Origin: Tubiluchus corallicola
Taxonomy: Eukaryota > Animalia > Priapulida
Reading direction: 5' to 3'
NCBI GenBank assembly: GCA_030141605.1
Contig: JAQGDQ010000012.1
Location: forward strand, 700,359 to 764,358
DNA length: 64,000 bases
A program made the translations under genes and the position numbers. Numbering within the stretch: position 1 is the stretch's first letter; every line of letters starts with the position of its first letter. This document shows positions 61,501 through 64,000 of the stretch, one piece after another. A model generated the notes under the pieces. It saw nothing but the letters and a program-made list of their open reading frames with translations, searched no databases and was not told the origin of the DNA.

Positions 61501-63330
61501 GTCTGGTGTTTGTTTGCAACTAAAAACTGTTTTGATGAATTGACTATTTCTACTCGCTTGTGCAGTGCAGTGCAGACAGAATACATACAAGTGCATATAA
61601 TCTTATCTTTAATTAGTTGACATTTTGAAATAGAGAAAAACTAAACACCATTTGAGCTACCTTGATTACATATACAGGTAATGATAGGTTACTGTGAATG
61701 CAGTGTAAGATCTAATTGACTTTATTGATTTTCACAGGTAAAGGAAAGCCAATAAAACTTAATACGTACAACCCGTATGTTGACTTCACTACACACAAAC
61801 TTAATCAAGTACTGATTGACAATGGCTTCATGCCAGAATGGCTGGTGCTAGAGAAAGAGATACGCCATGATATTAAAACTGCCAGGGATAAATTACAACA
61901 TGCACACTCTCATCTAAACCATAAAATAATGTCACAGGTATGTATAGTATTTTCCATTAGTCACACAGGCATGCACTGTAGTACAAAACGACCCAGAAAA
62001 ACCCCAAGTTTTAATGTCCAAGTAGCTGAGAAGGTTTTACCTCAATCACCAGTTTGCTGAGGGTAACAAATATGCAACATGGGAATTTTAATACTTTTGT
62101 TATTCATGACATACTTAATTTGAAAAATCTGGAAAGTTGATGACATAGTGGGACCCTTTTAGTGGTAACTACTATTGTATTTTTTAACTTATGGGCTATG
62201 TGTCTCAAATAAAGCTGTCACTTCAATTTCAATTCAACAGTTCAAAAAACGTGTGTAAAGACGTCACTATAACCTAATCTCTGTGTTTGGCACATTAAGA
62301 GGAAGTGACATTGCACATTTTCAGCCTTAGTATTTTTGTTGTATCATTTGGATTTGAGGCACCAGCAGTTCTGTGTGAGTAAATATTTATCTATTTACTA
62401 AAAGCAAGTGCTATTTGATCTGGTAAAACGTTAATTGCATTAGTTACAATAATAAGTAAAGCACTGTGGGAGGTGTTCTCACCTACAAAGCAGTCCATAA
62501 TAAAAGTCTCTTATGAATTCTCTGCATTGCTCAACAGCTGTGTAAAGTGCAGAAATAACCAGATAAGCAATAATTTTTACGCTGTATTAGCAAGTATTAT
62601 ACAAGCGTTATGGCTTCTTGTTATTATCTAAAATGGATTATCCATAGGCAAGCAAAGGTTACTTTATTTCATCTGTGGTCACTTATTACTTATGAGTGTA
62701 ACCTGAGGCTTTACTGCAAATGTTTAAAAACAGTGAATATTCACAATTTGTATTTTAATTTATTGCTAGTATCTTTTCTTTGCAGATGTTCATTTCTGTC
62801 TCAGCCTAACTTTCTAGCTTTTTAATCATTTTATGTTAGTATATAGTACATAATACATTTTAGGTACAGCTTAAACATTTTGAGTTGTGCCAGCTAACAA
62901 TTTCAAGACTAAATGTTGATAATCTTGCAGAATATTTATGGCACATCAACTGTCTTAATGTACTATTTATTCGTGGCAAATATTGCAATTGTTATCTTAC
63001 CTATAACTCACAACAGAATTAGATTCAGATAGTTTTTTAAACTATTTTGTTTTGCAGACAGAAACCAACAAGTGGAATAAAGCCCTAGAAACATTTAACA
63101 CTGAAATGGCCAACATTAACAAGAAAATTAACAAATACAACATGATCGTGCCTGTGCTCACAAAACAACTTGTCCAATACAATGCCAAGAATGAGATCAA
63201 GAAAATAAGTGGAAGTGAACAAAATTGTGATAAAACTATGTTAAAACATGGCAAAGTAAAGAATTCTAGCACCTCAGTTGGAAAACCCATGACTAGTCTG
63301 TACGATTTCATTTTTAACTTGCTGAAATAG
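55586..63330 (+). CDS. DNAJC28: DnaJ homolog subfamily C member 28
   Basis: Exons 55586-55668 (putative), 56818-56917, 57006-57135, 57921-58084, 60419-60563, 61738-61937, 63058-63330, phase-compatible. J-domain with [24 protein letters not shown], and DUF1992-like [28 protein letters not shown]...NGFMPEW; AATAAA at ~63432. Confidence 0.93.
58142..58340. repeat. ~65-bp AT-rich direct duplication plus a partial inverted copy
   Basis: tatatataatatagactaataataataaaa...aaaagaataacctcaaaataaatatatgtat occurs twice; atttattttgaggatattctttt at ~58317 is its reverse complement. Confidence 0.8.
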
Positions 63331-64000
63331 AATCATTGAGTACTGAACCATTGTATATATTGCAGAAGAGTAAGTTATCATAAGTGTATTATGAACATAG
63401 ACCTATTATTTATATAATTGTTACAGAAGTCAATAAAAATATTTTATAGAAGTTAATTAAAAAACCTTTTGTGTGTGTTGCATTTTGAATGCTGAGATTG
63501 AATTGCATTGTGCCATACACCTGTTAGCATAAACAGTTAGTCAGTACAATCATATATCACCAACATATAGCAGGTAAATGTATTTATGTTTTGCATGTGA
63601 GCCTACAAATACATTGCATTTGCACTTGAGCTTGCACTGTAATTATATGTTGAGGCAGTTAATCTTGTTGGCAGAGGTAATTGTGTGTGGCGTGCAGTAC
63701 TCAGCCTAAGTGGCTTCCATTTGATACACAGTTACACCTCATCCAGTGTAGGTGTAACTGCAGATCAAGTTTTTCATTTTTAATTTGATTAACTAAATTG
63801 TCTGAGTTTCGTTTTGGTCACTGTAGCCCAAAAAAAAACTGAGACTTCATCAATAGCTGTTGTAATTTGATGTTTAGATTGTCACAGTAATGCCAGAAGT
63901 CGAAAAATGACAAACCTGAATCTGGCATTAGATGTTCAAGAGAAGAGATGTTGAACTAATACAGAATGACACCTGAAGCACTGGGTTAGTAGTTTGAACC

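Overview
AT-rich, intron-containing animal (most likely invertebrate) nuclear DNA, not prokaryotic. The window holds five protein-coding genes: (1) a multi-exon TRPC-type cation channel (+, ~5.9-28 kb) whose first coding intron carries a nearly intact non-LTR retrotransposon and whose third intron is GC-AG; (2) an intronless class A GPCR (-, 29901-30944); (3) an IPNS-like 2-oxoglutarate/Fe(II) dioxygenase (+, 42033-47286); (4) ribosomal protein RPS3A/eS1 (-, 47645-53308); (5) DNAJC28 (+, 55586-63330). The rest is microsatellites, LINE remnants, MITEs and a 16-bp satellite-bearing repeat family. The most notable signal is in the dioxygenase gene: two homologous, intact 116-nt versions of exon 2 separated by only 46 nt, the expected architecture of mutually exclusive exons producing two enzyme isoforms. 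Exon boundaries were derived by hand from splice signals and reading-frame continuity; no database searches were run, and family assignments rest on recalled motifs.
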